Source of the DNA: an uncultured virus (IMG/VR IMGVR_UViG_3300038365_000169)
Lineage: Duplodnaviria > Heunggongvirae > Uroviricota > Caudoviricetes
DNA length: 61,199 bases
Virus record (IMG/VR): IMGVR_UViG_3300038365_000169
Strand: one strand, 5' to 3'
Shown here: positions 1-9,479 of the stretch, in pieces
Layout of the letters: each line of letters starts with the position of its first letter
Numbering within the stretch: position 1 is the stretch's first letter
Translations under genes and position numbers: made by a program
The notes under the pieces: generated by a model
The model's input: only the letters and a program-made list of their open reading frames with translations
Told to the model about the DNA's origin: nothing
Database searches by the model: none

Positions 1-281
1 CGGACAAAATTGACTGGTTTCCGTTTGTGGGCAACAAAAATGACAGAATACGCAAGCTTTACTTTATGAACACCGCCAAGATTATGCTAAAGGAGGACAT
101 GCTTGGATGCCCATCCTGGAAGAGGTTATGCATATGCATGCTGAAGAATGACATCAGCATGAAGTATGCCGGCTTCTCCATGACCTATAGGGAGCGATTA
201 GCACGTGAGGCAGCAATGGAAGCTTTTGGCAATTTAGAGGGCAAGGCCAGAAAGATTGTGGAGGACCATTTAGAGGAATGA
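1..281 (+). CDS. C-terminal part of IbrA/DUF3440 (PAPS-reductase-like) protein, 5' truncated by window
   Basis: Frame open from position 3; PSWKRLCICMLKNDISMKYAGFSMT resembles the DUF3440 C-terminal motif; IbrB-like gene at 5467. Confidence 0.6.
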   Translation, partial: DKIDWFPFVGNKNDRIRKLYFMNTAKIMLKEDMLGCPSWKRLCICMLKNDISMKYAGFSMTYRERLAREAAMEAFGNLEGKARKIVEDHLEE

Positions 282-320
282 AAGATGTATGTACAGGGGT
301 CGGCTAAGACCCCTGCCTGC

Positions 321-638
321 CTAAAATGTGGGCAGGTTGTAGAGTGCCTTGGTCGGGTCATCTGTGGGGTTTGCACGAAGAATTTCCGCTGGGTTGTCCC
401 CGCGTGTGCGTCCAACATTCACACCCTGAATGCCCTTGGTCTTGGCGTACTCCACCGCTTCCTCCTTGCTGAGCTCCATGCCGTTGCTCAGCTTGTAGTC
501 CGTTATGATGCCTGCTTCGGTCTTTCTGACGGCTACCACCGTAGGTTGCCCTTCATCCTTCGGTGCTCCATTATTTCTGTTGTAATAATTTTCCTGCCCG
601 TTGGGCATGATTTCTTTACCATTAACGGTGTTTTGCAT
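321..638 (-). CDS. DUF3892-like small protein
   Basis: VVAVRK..G.ITDYKLSNG.ELSKEEAV...LRANP......LYNLPTF pattern; GGAG RBS. Confidence 0.7.
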   Translation of the reverse strand: MQNTVNGKEIMPNGQENYYNRNNGAPKDEGQPTVVAVRKTEAGIITDYKLSNGMELSKEEAVEYAKTKGIQGVNVGRTRGDNPAEILRANPTDDPTKALYNLPTF

Positions 639-824
639 CTTTAAATTCTCCTTTGTTTTTATTCATACGTCCTGGAGCTTGTCCATAAATGGACGTATGT
701 ACCCCGCCTAGATGCGGGACAAAGGTTAGATCTCACCGCTATGATAATGAATCATGCCTATCCTCTTATATAGAACTAATGCTAAATTTTGGCCGAGATA
801 TGGGCATGGGCATTAAACCATCTG

Positions 825-1019
825 CTAGAAATGATGCTTTATCCCGGCCTGCTGCATTATTACGTTTGCAATGTGCCTGGACTTTATCTTTCCGTCAACG
901 GTAAAGTTAAGGTTGCTCTTGGGGCTGAACCATATGTCATGGTCACCCTTGCCATGCCTGACAAACTTGCAGCCATGCTCCTTGAGAACCTGTCTTACCT
1001 TCTTTTCGTACTCTGCCAT
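825..1019 (-). CDS. hicA: HicA-family toxin (mRNA interferase)
   Basis: 64 aa basic protein, LKEHGCKFVRHGKGDHDIW (G-x-H motif), ends IMQQAGI. Confidence 0.85.
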   Translation of the reverse strand: MAEYEKKVRQVLKEHGCKFVRHGKGDHDIWFSPKSNLNFTVDGKIKSRHIANVIMQQAGIKHHF

Positions 1020-1259
1020 CTACGCACGTAGCCTTTCTACCCTTTGTGACACAAAGCGAATGGAAGAGCCCGTTGGGTCAGTTATGCCGCAGTTAAGCTC
1101 CAAAAGCTCTGGCACTGCATTTTTGACCCTTTCCATGAGTGCATCAACAGAACCTGCCTCCATAGCTAGGCCCTTTACGTTTTCGCTGGTGGCGATCCAA
1201 ACATATGCTTCAGAGTCCCAGTTCAGATTAACCAAATATTCCATAAAGATCACCTCCAT
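1020..1259 (-). CDS. HicB-like/DUF1902 antitoxin (start probably ATG at 1244)
   Basis: WDSEAYVWIATS..VKGLAMEAGS.DALMERV..AVPELLELN; abuts hicA. Confidence 0.75.
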   Translation of the reverse strand: MEVIFMEYLVNLNWDSEAYVWIATSENVKGLAMEAGSVDALMERVKNAVPELLELNCGITDPTGSSIRFVSQRVERLRA

Positions 1260-1322
1260 ATTTTTCTTGACTTATACATTATATGGAACTAATGTCAAAG
1301 CAAATGATTTGCAGTATGCCAG

Positions 1323-1841
1323 CTATGCTAAAATCTTAAAGTCTGGGTTCTCAAGCTGTAGCAGCGATAGCTTTATGTCTAATCCGGCAGAATATCCGGC
1401 TAATGAGCCGTTTTTGCCCACCACCCTATGGCAGGGGACAAAAATAATCAGAGGGTTTCTGCCTATGGCAAAGCCTACAGCCCTTAGATGCATGCCCTTG
1501 CCGTTGGCCTGAGAAACCTCCTTGCCAACATCTAAATAGTTGGATGTTTTCCCGTAGCCTATGCTTGATACAGCCTTCCATACCTGCATCTGATACTCCG
1601 TTCCCTGAACCAGCAATGAAACGTCCTTTAGATTGGGGTTCTTACCGTCAAAATATAGGTCAAGCCAGCTCTTTGCGGCGCATATGGCGTGGTCGTCACC
1701 TTGCACTAAATCTCCCTGAAGCACCTTGCTTTCGTTTAGCTGACCCTTAAAGCATGCTCCAACAAGATTCATTCCGTTTGAAACCAACATGATGTCTCCA
1801 AGTGGGGATTCGTACCTAGACACTGATAGCCTTTGAACCAT
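1323..1841 (-). CDS. ogt: Methylated-DNA--protein-cysteine S-methyltransferase
   Basis: RAVGFAIGRNPL...PCHRVV active-site motif; YESPLG N-terminus. Confidence 0.92.
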   Translation of the reverse strand: MVQRLSVSRYESPLGDIMLVSNGMNLVGACFKGQLNESKVLQGDLVQGDDHAICAAKSWLDLYFDGKNPNLKDVSLLVQGTEYQMQVWKAVSSIGYGKTSNYLDVGKEVSQANGKGMHLRAVGFAIGRNPLIIFVPCHRVVGKNGSLAGYSAGLDIKLSLLQLENPDFKILA

Positions 1842-1844
1842 AGC

Positions 1845-2219
1845 CTATGCCATCTCCTTGAGCCCAAGAAGATCATATATTTTGCCATGCTCCCATGTTC
1901 CAACGGCTTTCAGCTCTCCATCGACCTCAAAGGCTCTGTAGAACCTGCTGTCAAAACCGTATAAAGCGCTACCAGGCTTGCCGGATGCAAGAGCTGCTCC
2001 CTCAATTTTGAGCTCGGATAGGGTTAAAATGTACCCATTCTCCACCATCACCTCGTTGAACCTCATGCCCTGGAATTCAAAGTTGGCGGCGTATTTGCCG
2101 TTCTTAAGGTTTGGCAGATACAAGGGGTCCACATATGTCTCATAGTTGCGATCTTCCTGCTCATCAGCAGCCTCCACAAATTCGATCTGTGGTACATGCT
2201 CTCTAACCTTTACGTTCAT
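1845..2219 (-). CDS. Hypothetical protein
   Basis: 124-aa ORF with RBS, in operon-like run. Confidence 0.6.
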   Translation of the reverse strand: MNVKVREHVPQIEFVEAADEQEDRNYETYVDPLYLPNLKNGKYAANFEFQGMRFNEVMVENGYILTLSELKIEGAALASGKPGSALYGFDSRFYRAFEVDGELKAVGTWEHGKIYDLLGLKEMA

Positions 2220-2237
2220 CTTGATCTTCCTCCCTAT

Positions 2238-2429
2238 TTAGTTAAAAAGTTCATTTATGACCGCCAATGCCTTGTCCCTTATGTTGTCCTTTACGCGGTC
2301 TACATCCTCGAGATTGGCGCATTGTTCGGCTTTTCCGTCGTACTCCCCAAGAAGAATCTGCATGTCATGGTTCATGGAGTCGTACTTTTCCTTCAAATAC
2401 TTCAAGCTGACAAATCTGCTCCCATCCAT
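2238..2429 (-). CDS. Hypothetical small helical protein
   Basis: 63-aa ORF with GGAGG RBS. Confidence 0.55.
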   Translation of the reverse strand: MDGSRFVSLKYLKEKYDSMNHDMQILLGEYDGKAEQCANLEDVDRVKDNIRDKALAVINELFN

Positions 2430-2454
2430 TCCTTACCCTCCTAATGTTAACTTT

Positions 2455-3099
2455 CTATAGGTTGCCCTTGTTGGCGATTATGGCCTTCCATTTGCCATTT
2501 TCGAACATGCTTTGGTCCTTAGTTTTGTCGTAGTATCGTATTAGATGGAAAATTTCTGGTGACATGACATAGTCAAAATTTTCCATTATGGCATCGTTCA
2601 CTGTAAAGTTTAAAGAGTCCATAAGAAGCAAAACATCGTCAAAATCTTTGAACCTGGCGAAACCACCACCTGCGTCAAGTTCCGCAAATGAGGTGTCTAT
2701 TGCAATTATTTTCATCCTTAAAAGGCATCTTTTGTCCAAAACATTCACCGTAATAACCCTGAGGTCAAAGGCATGCACAAACTCCAATTTGCCCGTTAAT
2801 AGCTCCAGTTCCTTCAGGTCGCTTCCAGCAAGTAAAACGTCATTGTTGATCCAACCGCGTCCTAAGCCGTACCTGATGCCCACCTCGTCAACGATCTCCC
2901 GCAGCTCCTCCGGTAGCGTGGCGCCAATGTAGTCAATGTCCGTATAGTCGCTCATTCGCACCCTTTGCACCGTTAGGGCGAAACCGCCCACAACGTTGAG
3001 CTCAAAGGGTATTACCCTCTTTTTGTGGAATATCTCGTCTAGCTCCTCAAGAGCCTTGTAAACGATCTTCTCCTTGTACAGTATATCCATGTCGATCAC
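2455..3099 (-). CDS. Nucleotidyltransferase-fold protein (DUF6036/AbiEii-like)
   Basis: VVGGFAL...YTDID motif, GWINNDV, C-terminal RFKDFDD. Confidence 0.7.
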   Translation of the reverse strand: MIDMDILYKEKIVYKALEELDEIFHKKRVIPFELNVVGGFALTVQRVRMSDYTDIDYIGATLPEELREIVDEVGIRYGLGRGWINNDVLLAGSDLKELELLTGKLEFVHAFDLRVITVNVLDKRCLLRMKIIAIDTSFAELDAGGGFARFKDFDDVLLLMDSLNFTVNDAIMENFDYVMSPEIFHLIRYYDKTKDQSMFENGKWKAIIANKGNL

Positions 3100-3361
3100 C
3101 TCTTTCTTGCTGCAGGTTTGGAAGTACGTACCTGCAGGCCTCCCATTCCATGCTGGAAAGTTTGTCCCTGTTTCCCATCAAAAAGAAATAGAGGCTCCGC
3201 CGGTCTACCTCCATGCACTTGTAAAGCCATATGCCGAAGCTGTCCAGGCTGCCCTTGCTTTGCATTAATTTCTTGGAAAGCATGTTAAAATCGTTTATCT
3301 TGCTGAACAGCTCAGAAATGCTGTCCTCGCGATGAAGCGGTTTGTAGCTCAAGCCAAGCAC
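3047..3361 (-). CDS. Hypothetical protein, possible partner of the nucleotidyltransferase
   Basis: GTG start with GGGGAGG RBS; overlaps NTase start. Confidence 0.45.
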   Translation of the reverse strand: MLGLSYKPLHREDSISELFSKINDFNMLSKKLMQSKGSLDSFGIWLYKCMEVDRRSLYFFLMGNRDKLSSMEWEACRYVLPNLQQERGDRHGYTVQGEDRLQGS

Positions 3362-3460
3362 CTCCCCTTAATTTTTATATTAAACGCCAAACTATAGGCA
3401 GGTCTTGATTATGATTTTCTTGCCTTCTAGACTGCAAAGGTGACATTTGAGGGTCTCCAT

Positions 3461-4039
3461 CTAGTCATCCATAAGAATGATGAGTCCGTTGCGGTACCTT
3501 TGAACGTCATGAATCTTGCACTCCTTCACCACCTGCTCTATGGTCTCGGTGGGAAGGACCGTTAGCTCGTAGACAAGATTTCCGGGCCCCTTGACGGCAA
3601 TTCTTCTGTAGGTTCTCTTGAAGCAGTTATTGCACAAGCATCTATATGCATCACCAGACTGATGTTGCCATGGAGGAAGAAGCTTTCGCTCCCCTTCACG
3701 GCGCACATGTAGTCTACTGTGAATGTTGACAAGATTATTGCCGAATCGTTGGGTAAAGCTAGGGCCATTTTCCCTATGCGTACCTTCCCTTATGTCAATC
3801 CATCCAACATCATGGAATTTACGGATTGCCTCAACCGCAGGTGAATAAAGGTAATTTTTCCCTATCTCGGCCTGATTACCAAGGTATGGGTACCATCCAC
3901 TCTTTAGACCATCGGTTACTGAAATTACTTCAGTTCCACAATGCTCACAGTTTGAATGCACAATTCGACATCCAGGTATAGGCACTCCATCATTAAATTC
4001 TTCACCATGCGTTATCTTTCCTTGCAGTTGCCAAGCCAT
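3461..4039 (-). CDS. Cys/His-rich hypothetical protein, paralogue A
   Basis: CEHC, GWYPYLGNQA, GNNLVNIHSRLH, CNNC shared with the adjacent ORF. Confidence 0.7.
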   Translation of the reverse strand: MAWQLQGKITHGEEFNDGVPIPGCRIVHSNCEHCGTEVISVTDGLKSGWYPYLGNQAEIGKNYLYSPAVEAIRKFHDVGWIDIREGTHRENGPSFTQRFGNNLVNIHSRLHVRREGERKLLPPWQHQSGDAYRCLCNNCFKRTYRRIAVKGPGNLVYELTVLPTETIEQVVKECKIHDVQRYRNGLIILMDD

Positions 4040-4059
4040 GCGCTTTCCTCCTTTATTTG

Positions 4060-4632
4060 CTAGGGGTTGGCGTAGTCCACTATGCCTCCCTTTCCCACCA
4101 GCTTGCCGCTTATGCCTAGCTCTAGCATGACGGAATGCACCGTTTCTTCCCTCTCTTGAAGAACGGAGATGGCGTATAAAATGCCGTCATCTCCCATAAT
4201 TTTTACCCTTTGGTACGTTTTCTGAAAGCATTTGTTGCAAAGAATTCTGACGGAGGCATGAGACCCACGTACCAACCAGTTGGTTGGTTGGCTGTGAACA
4301 CGTGCATGAACGTTTAAAAGGTTGTTTCCCATTTCGTCAGTCCAAACCTTGCCCTCCACCCCAAAATGCTTCCTCATGCACTGAATGATGGATGAATAGA
4401 CGTATGTGTTTGGCCTCCTGGCTTGGTTTCCTAAATAGGGGTTCCATCCGTTTAGGTTGTGCTTGTCCCAAACACCAAGTACCTCCCTTTTGCAGTACTG
4501 ACACTGGGTATGACCAACAACTGTGTTTGGCAAAACTATGCCGTTGCAGTACTCAGAGCCGTCCGTGGGGTTTTCCTTCATTGCTTCCACTGCCTTCATG
4601 TATGCCTCTAGCTTCCTCTCCATTGCATGCAA
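4060..4632 (-). CDS. Cys/His-rich hypothetical protein, paralogue B
   Basis: CQYC, GWNPYLGNQA, GNNLLNVHARVH, CNKC. Confidence 0.7.
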   Translation of the reverse strand: MHAMERKLEAYMKAVEAMKENPTDGSEYCNGIVLPNTVVGHTQCQYCKREVLGVWDKHNLNGWNPYLGNQARRPNTYVYSSIIQCMRKHFGVEGKVWTDEMGNNLLNVHARVHSQPTNWLVRGSHASVRILCNKCFQKTYQRVKIMGDDGILYAISVLQEREETVHSVMLELGISGKLVGKGGIVDYANP

Positions 4633-4644
4633 ACCCTCCCCTTG

Positions 4645-5094
4645 CTACTTTGCGTCCAGATGGGCCATCAGGTACTGCTCCAGGCTTTCTCCATCTAATG
4701 CCTCTAAAAGCTGGCTGTATTGGCTCTCCGTTAGGTTTAGGGTGATCTTCACCATTCTCTCCTCAGGAAGCGAAGGGTAGGGGCTCACGCTGTAGTAGGG
4801 TATAAGGCTGCTGAATGAAACGTCAGCAACGGACCACCTGCTTACCGCATGCCCCTGATAGAGAACAGGCTGGGAGGACTCATATACATACTCCCTAAAC
4901 CCGTCCCCTTTCTCCAGATACTGGAAGGTTATTCCGCTTACATTGCAGCCCTTCTCGGAGAGCTTCTTGGCAATTATGCCCGGTTTGATGTCAGGTAGCA
5001 TCTGTGAAATCACCAAAGCTAACGCAAGAACTGCTACACATACCGCAACGGCAATCATGTCTGACCTCTTGAACTTGTTGCATTCGCTGTACAT
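4645..5094 (-). CDS. Membrane-anchored/exported hypothetical protein
   Basis: N-terminal hydrophobic helix; RBS. Confidence 0.6.
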   Translation of the reverse strand: MYSECNKFKRSDMIAVAVCVAVLALALVISQMLPDIKPGIIAKKLSEKGCNVSGITFQYLEKGDGFREYVYESSQPVLYQGHAVSRWSVADVSFSSLIPYYSVSPYPSLPEERMVKITLNLTESQYSQLLEALDGESLEQYLMAHLDAK

Positions 5095-5163
5095 TTTTCA
5101 CCTCCTCTCAAAATATTCTAAATATTATAATTATATGGCCTATTTTTATACATGATGCTTCAG

Positions 5164-5463
5164 TTAGTCCCAGTCTACAAGCTGCCCGTTTTCTGAGATG
5201 CGGAATGATAGTTGCCCTTCGTCCAAATTTGGAATTTCTGGCAGCTTCTGCTCGGGATTTGCATGGAGTGCACCGTAAAGATAGGCTAGATATAGCTCTC
5301 GATTTCTGCGGTTTGGGTCGTCTAATGGAAGAAGGGCTGAGAGCCTCTCATTTTCAGTCATAAGTCTGTTTATTTCGTCCACAGCCTTTCGCATGCCCTC
5401 GCTGTTGATTGGCAGGTCACCGATTGCGCTTGTCATAAAAGCTTCCATATTTGCCCCTTTCAT
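5164..5463 (-). CDS. Hypothetical protein
   Basis: ORF directly downstream of the IbrB-like gene. Confidence 0.55.
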   Translation of the reverse strand: MKGANMEAFMTSAIGDLPINSEGMRKAVDEINRLMTENERLSALLPLDDPNRRNRELYLAYLYGALHANPEQKLPEIPNLDEGQLSFRISENGQLVDWD

Positions 5464-5466
5464 TCA

Positions 5467-6399
5467 TTAGGAGAGCTGCAGGTATAACTCGCCATGCTGC
5501 TTCCATACCTCAGTTTCGTCAAAACCAATCTCCATGGCAATGTCCACCGCTGTGCCGTTGGAGGGCTGCACCCAGTCGGAATTGCTCTTGCGGTAGTTCT
5601 CAATGAACACCGTGGCCTCACGGACCAAATAGGCGATCATCTTGCGCTGGTAGGACTTGTCAGCCTCAGGGCTCCATGCCATGTCAGCATCGTCAATGTC
5701 ATTCATGGCTGCCTTTAGGCCGGAGAGCTGTTGCATGCGCTTGATGCTTTCAAGGTCTAAATACAGGTTTTGGGCCACCCACTCCTCAGACATGCCAGCA
5801 ACATTGATCAAGTTGTACACGATGTCCTTCATGCTGTCCAAGCTGTGGCTGCCACGCGCGGTGTTGTGAAGAATCTCGGCGGACATCTGCTTGGTCTCGT
5901 CAATGTCAAGCACCACCGTGGGTACGGAAAAATCCTCCCTCCATGCAAGAAACGCGAGCATGTCCAGCCCGGGACGCTCGGGAATGCCCTTTCCCTCAAA
6001 CCAGTCGTCGGACTTGTCATGGCCGTTCTCAAACCAGTACTTGCCCTGTCTGACAATTTGCGTTCTGTGTGAGCCGTCAATTAACCTCTTGGGGAAAAAC
6101 TTGGCAATTTCGTCATCACTGACCTGTGTGCCAATCTTTCCGCTGTTGGTGAATGTGCTCTCACCGTCGGATACCTCCAAAAGGTTGGGCTTGGGTAAAC
6201 CCTCCGTGGAGGGGTCGTAGTCAGCATTTCTGCTGGCAACCACCGGAAATGTGTATCCGGTGTTAAAAATGCTCTGTTGAAGTGCCTCCCAGGCCTTGCC
6301 CGTCATGGAGTTTGGATTGGCCTTTTGGCTCACAAGATCGTCAATGTGTACCTTCTGTACACCATATGCTGGGCTTATGAATGTGCTCTTTTTCATCAT
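5467..6399 (-). CDS. IbrB-like ParB/Srx-domain protein with insertions
   Basis: SPAYGVQKV..D.L...NPN, SIFNTGYTFPVV, LIDGSHR, HNTARGSH. Confidence 0.8.
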   Translation of the reverse strand: MMKKSTFISPAYGVQKVHIDDLVSQKANPNSMTGKAWEALQQSIFNTGYTFPVVASRNADYDPSTEGLPKPNLLEVSDGESTFTNSGKIGTQVSDDEIAKFFPKRLIDGSHRTQIVRQGKYWFENGHDKSDDWFEGKGIPERPGLDMLAFLAWREDFSVPTVVLDIDETKQMSAEILHNTARGSHSLDSMKDIVYNLINVAGMSEEWVAQNLYLDLESIKRMQQLSGLKAAMNDIDDADMAWSPEADKSYQRKMIAYLVREATVFIENYRKSNSDWVQPSNGTAVDIAMEIGFDETEVWKQHGELYLQLS

Positions 6400-6477
6400 T
6401 GCTCCTCCATATCTAATGTTATATTGGTATAAATGTTATGGGAAATTTCATGCTATCAATCCATTGGATTGATATGC

Positions 6478-6984
6478 TTACATAAAACCCCTGCCGGACA
6501 TAAGTATGCAAATTTTGCTTTTGTCAAAGTCTTCTAGGGCATTTCCGTATAGATCAACTGCAACCATCTCTTCCCCATTGGAGAAGCCCTTCTCGGAAAA
6601 TAGGTATGCCAGCCTCTTCCCCTCAAGCTCCACCAGCTGGACCCCTTCGGCGCTTTTAAGCCCGCTTTTGACGAAAGCTTCATATGCGCTTAAAGTGACC
6701 ATTTCGAAGCCTTTTTCCAGCCCTAATGCCCCTAAAAGACCATCAAAATCCATACCGTCTGATTGATTTAATATTGCATCCATGCTGTCAGAATTCGTCA
6801 AAAGATGCTTTATCTCCAGCAGCCGGTTTTGAATGCTGACTGCCTCCAAAAGAAGGTTGACAACATTTTCCGCCTTTAGCATCAACTCATCGGCAATTTT
6901 GCCGTCAGCATTTGTTCCTCCGCTTAAGCTCGAGTACTGATCGCTCATTCGCTTAAATGCCTCCTGGACAAGTTTTTCCTTCAT
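6478..6984 (-). CDS. Hypothetical protein
   Basis: 168-aa ORF. Confidence 0.6.
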   Translation of the reverse strand: MKEKLVQEAFKRMSDQYSSLSGGTNADGKIADELMLKAENVVNLLLEAVSIQNRLLEIKHLLTNSDSMDAILNQSDGMDFDGLLGALGLEKGFEMVTLSAYEAFVKSGLKSAEGVQLVELEGKRLAYLFSEKGFSNGEEMVAVDLYGNALEDFDKSKICILMSGRGFM

Positions 6985-7044
6985 TTTGAATACCTACCCT
7001 TCTTCTATCTTAATCTTATAAACTAATGATGAAGCAAGACATTA

Positions 7045-7860
7045 TCACTTTTTCTTCCAGGGCTCGATTAACCCCTCCAAGCTCAACCCCTCTCGCTCTA
7101 AAAAGGACCAGTCAAGAGGGTTTCTAAAGTTCCTAAGATTTTCCGGCAGGGACTGGAAGTTTTTGACCAATGATTCGTCTGTGTAGTCCATGGCGCATCT
7201 GATTGAGTCACGCCCTCTCGCAAACTGGGGGTTTCCCTTCAGTATGATGCATTTCGCAGGATCATCAAACATGGCCTGGGTCACCTTTAGTGCTTCCACA
7301 GTTTGCACCTCCTCCTGATACTTGATGCCTGAGTTCCTATAGAGTTGAGCTTCGGTTAACCACTGGGACTCCGCTAAACCGAGCCTGCGATAGTTGGGGT
7401 CAATAAAAAGAATGTACCCGTGTCCGATATGAACCCTATGATTTTTGTCAATGTTTTGGCCTGGGATCACCTTGTGGCTCTTGGGGTATCTGAGCTGTCC
7501 AGTTTTCCTTAGGTATGAACCGCCCGCAGCTACAGGTTCCATGCCCCTCTCGGGGTCATAGTAAACAAGTGCATACATGTCGAAAGACTTGCCAGAAACT
7601 GAGTCAACAGCTGCCTCCTTGCCCTCATAGGGAGTGTATCTCCATTGAAATCTTTTTCCGTCATCCTTGGAGTAGTCCATCAAATCGGGATACTTCATAT
7701 GTAAATAGCTCATTACGGCCTGAAATTCTTCCTCTGAATGTGTGATCCCTACCGATAATCTGCCCTTTAGTGCGTTTTTCTGCTCAACCTCCAACGCTTT
7801 GATGTCCCATTCTACATCCCCTACCGTTGGGAGGTATCTGTTGCTTTGGTCCACTGTCAT
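7045..7860 (-). CDS. GNAT-fold protein, paralogue of 12626..13462
   Basis: FIDPNYRRLGLA acetyl-CoA-binding motif A. Confidence 0.65.
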   Translation of the reverse strand: MTVDQSNRYLPTVGDVEWDIKALEVEQKNALKGRLSVGITHSEEEFQAVMSYLHMKYPDLMDYSKDDGKRFQWRYTPYEGKEAAVDSVSGKSFDMYALVYYDPERGMEPVAAGGSYLRKTGQLRYPKSHKVIPGQNIDKNHRVHIGHGYILFIDPNYRRLGLAESQWLTEAQLYRNSGIKYQEEVQTVEALKVTQAMFDDPAKCIILKGNPQFARGRDSIRCAMDYTDESLVKNFQSLPENLRNFRNPLDWSFLEREGLSLEGLIEPWKKK

Positions 7861-8109
7861 TCCATCATTCTCCTCTCAATTTTACTCCATCATGGCATTT
7901 GCAAGGCATTAGTTTACCAATCATTTCCTAATGCCAAAATCTAGTGTTTTAACATATTATACTTCCATTTTCTTCATATTATATTATTTTAATGAATTGC
8001 CACACCGTTATACCTCCCTATTATTAAATGGGTTTTAGCGCAGCATGGGATCGGCAAGCATCTGCTCAATTAATACCAATGATTTCAAACACTTGCCCAG
8101 CAGCACATG

Positions 8110-8331
8110 CTACGCAAGAAACCCCATGGACTCCAGCTCCTCAAGATTGGCTTGATGCTCTTCCTCGACATTGGGCCAGAATTGTGCTACCTCACCGATA
8201 TATGGTCGGCGGATCTGATACACTATGGTGGCTAGATTTTTTGAAACCCATCCACCCTCCACTGGTACATATGTGTAGCTTAGTTCCTTGAGCAAGCTGT
8301 AGTCAAATCCCTCTACAACTTTCCTGTTCAT
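8110..8331 (-). CDS. Hypothetical protein
   Basis: 73-aa ORF with GAGG RBS. Confidence 0.5.
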   Translation of the reverse strand: MNRKVVEGFDYSLLKELSYTYVPVEGGWVSKNLATIVYQIRRPYIGEVAQFWPNVEEEHQANLEELESMGFLA

Positions 8332-8394
8332 CTTGGCTTACCTCTTTTCAACCTTGACCTTCATGTGAAGGTCGCCCTAAAGTTTATGGTTGGC

Positions 8395-8796
8395 CTATCT
8401 GTACTCTGGTTCCTCGGATGACTCGGTGTTGGCAATAATGCTCTTTGCAACTAAACCGGAGTTTACCTCCGAAACGTTCAACCGCTTGACAAACTCAAGC
8501 TTCTGAAGGTGGCTAAGAACAGATGCTTCCTCCTCCACCTTGCTGACATAAAGAATCTCAAACTTTTCTGGGCTTAGCATCTCCAGCTCATGCAGAAGGG
8601 CCTTTGGGTCCTCTACATCGGGTCCGGAGCGCATGCCGTATAGCTTGATTTGGAGCTTTTCTGCAAAATTGCAGGCGACCTGCTCCATCATTTCGCGCTT
8701 GAGCATCAAATTCTCGGGGCAGACAAAATAAAAAATTCTGTCCATCTCTTTGGAAATGGCAACCATTTCGGGGGTCATATTTTTATCGTCCATCAT
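8395..8796 (-). CDS. Hypothetical protein
   Basis: 133-aa ORF with ATGA overlap to upstream gene. Confidence 0.6.
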   Translation of the reverse strand: MMDDKNMTPEMVAISKEMDRIFYFVCPENLMLKREMMEQVACNFAEKLQIKLYGMRSGPDVEDPKALLHELEMLSPEKFEILYVSKVEEEASVLSHLQKLEFVKRLNVSEVNSGLVAKSIIANTESSEEPEYR

Positions 8797-9455
8797 ATTT
8801 CCTCTCCATCCTCATCCTTGTAGTATATGTCTATTGAGCTCTGAGCGATCTCAACTATGTCCCTATCCGCCAACATTTTAGCAAAGGTGGAAATCTCCCC
8901 TCTGTTTAGGTTGACGTCAAAATGCATGACAACAACCTTTTGGTCAAATTTTTTGACGCCATTTCCGCTGCGTATGCCAAAACGAACCTTGGCAAACCCA
9001 AAGTCTAGTATCTTGCTGGCAACCTTAATGTCGCCCTTTTTCTCGCTGTTAAGCGTTATGTCAACACGCACCTCATCTATGAATAGGTCGGTCCCCTCCA
9101 GTGCGTCCTGCCTGCCCGTTGGTCTTTTTATGGTGCCGTCGCCCCATTCCCTGTTGCAGGCGACCTCAAATCGCTCGCACATTTCGTCCTCAAATTGGTC
9201 CCCAAAGGACATTTTCTCGGATAAACGTTTCTTGAGCTGGCGGTACTCAATGTTTGCTGCATGGTTCCTGGTGGTCCTTGCTCTTTTGTCAGCTTTATAT
9301 CCTATGCGCTCGGCAAACTGTCCTTCGCTCTCATTGGCAACCTGATGGTCAACATGGTTGCATCGGCCCTTGCCGATTCTCTCCTCTGATGCGGTGCAGT
9401 AGGTGAGGTGGCCGTCCACAGTTAGGGCTAACCTTTTGCCCACTTTCACCACCAC
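8793..9455 (-). CDS. GKGRCxH-module protein with C-terminal PD-(D/E)XK-like domain
   Basis: N-term LALTVDGHLTYCTASEERIGKGRCNHVDH; C-term FEDEMCERF...EGTDLFIDEVRVDIT. Confidence 0.55.
   Translation of the reverse strand: MVVKVGKRLALTVDGHLTYCTASEERIGKGRCNHVDHQVANESEGQFAERIGYKADKRARTTRNHAANIEYRQLKKRLSEKMSFGDQFEDEMCERFEVACNREWGDGTIKRPTGRQDALEGTDLFIDEVRVDITLNSEKKGDIKVASKILDFGFAKVRFGIRSGNGVKKFDQKVVVMHFDVNLNRGEISTFAKMLADRDIVEIAQSSIDIYYKDEDGEEI
9352..9428 (-). repeat. 77-bp block identical, in inverted orientation, to 61108..61184
   Basis: Base-by-base comparison: reverse complement = gccctaactgtggacggcc...gatgcaaccatgt. Confidence 0.95.
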
Positions 9456-9479
9456 CTTAAGTTTAATTTATATGTTATA

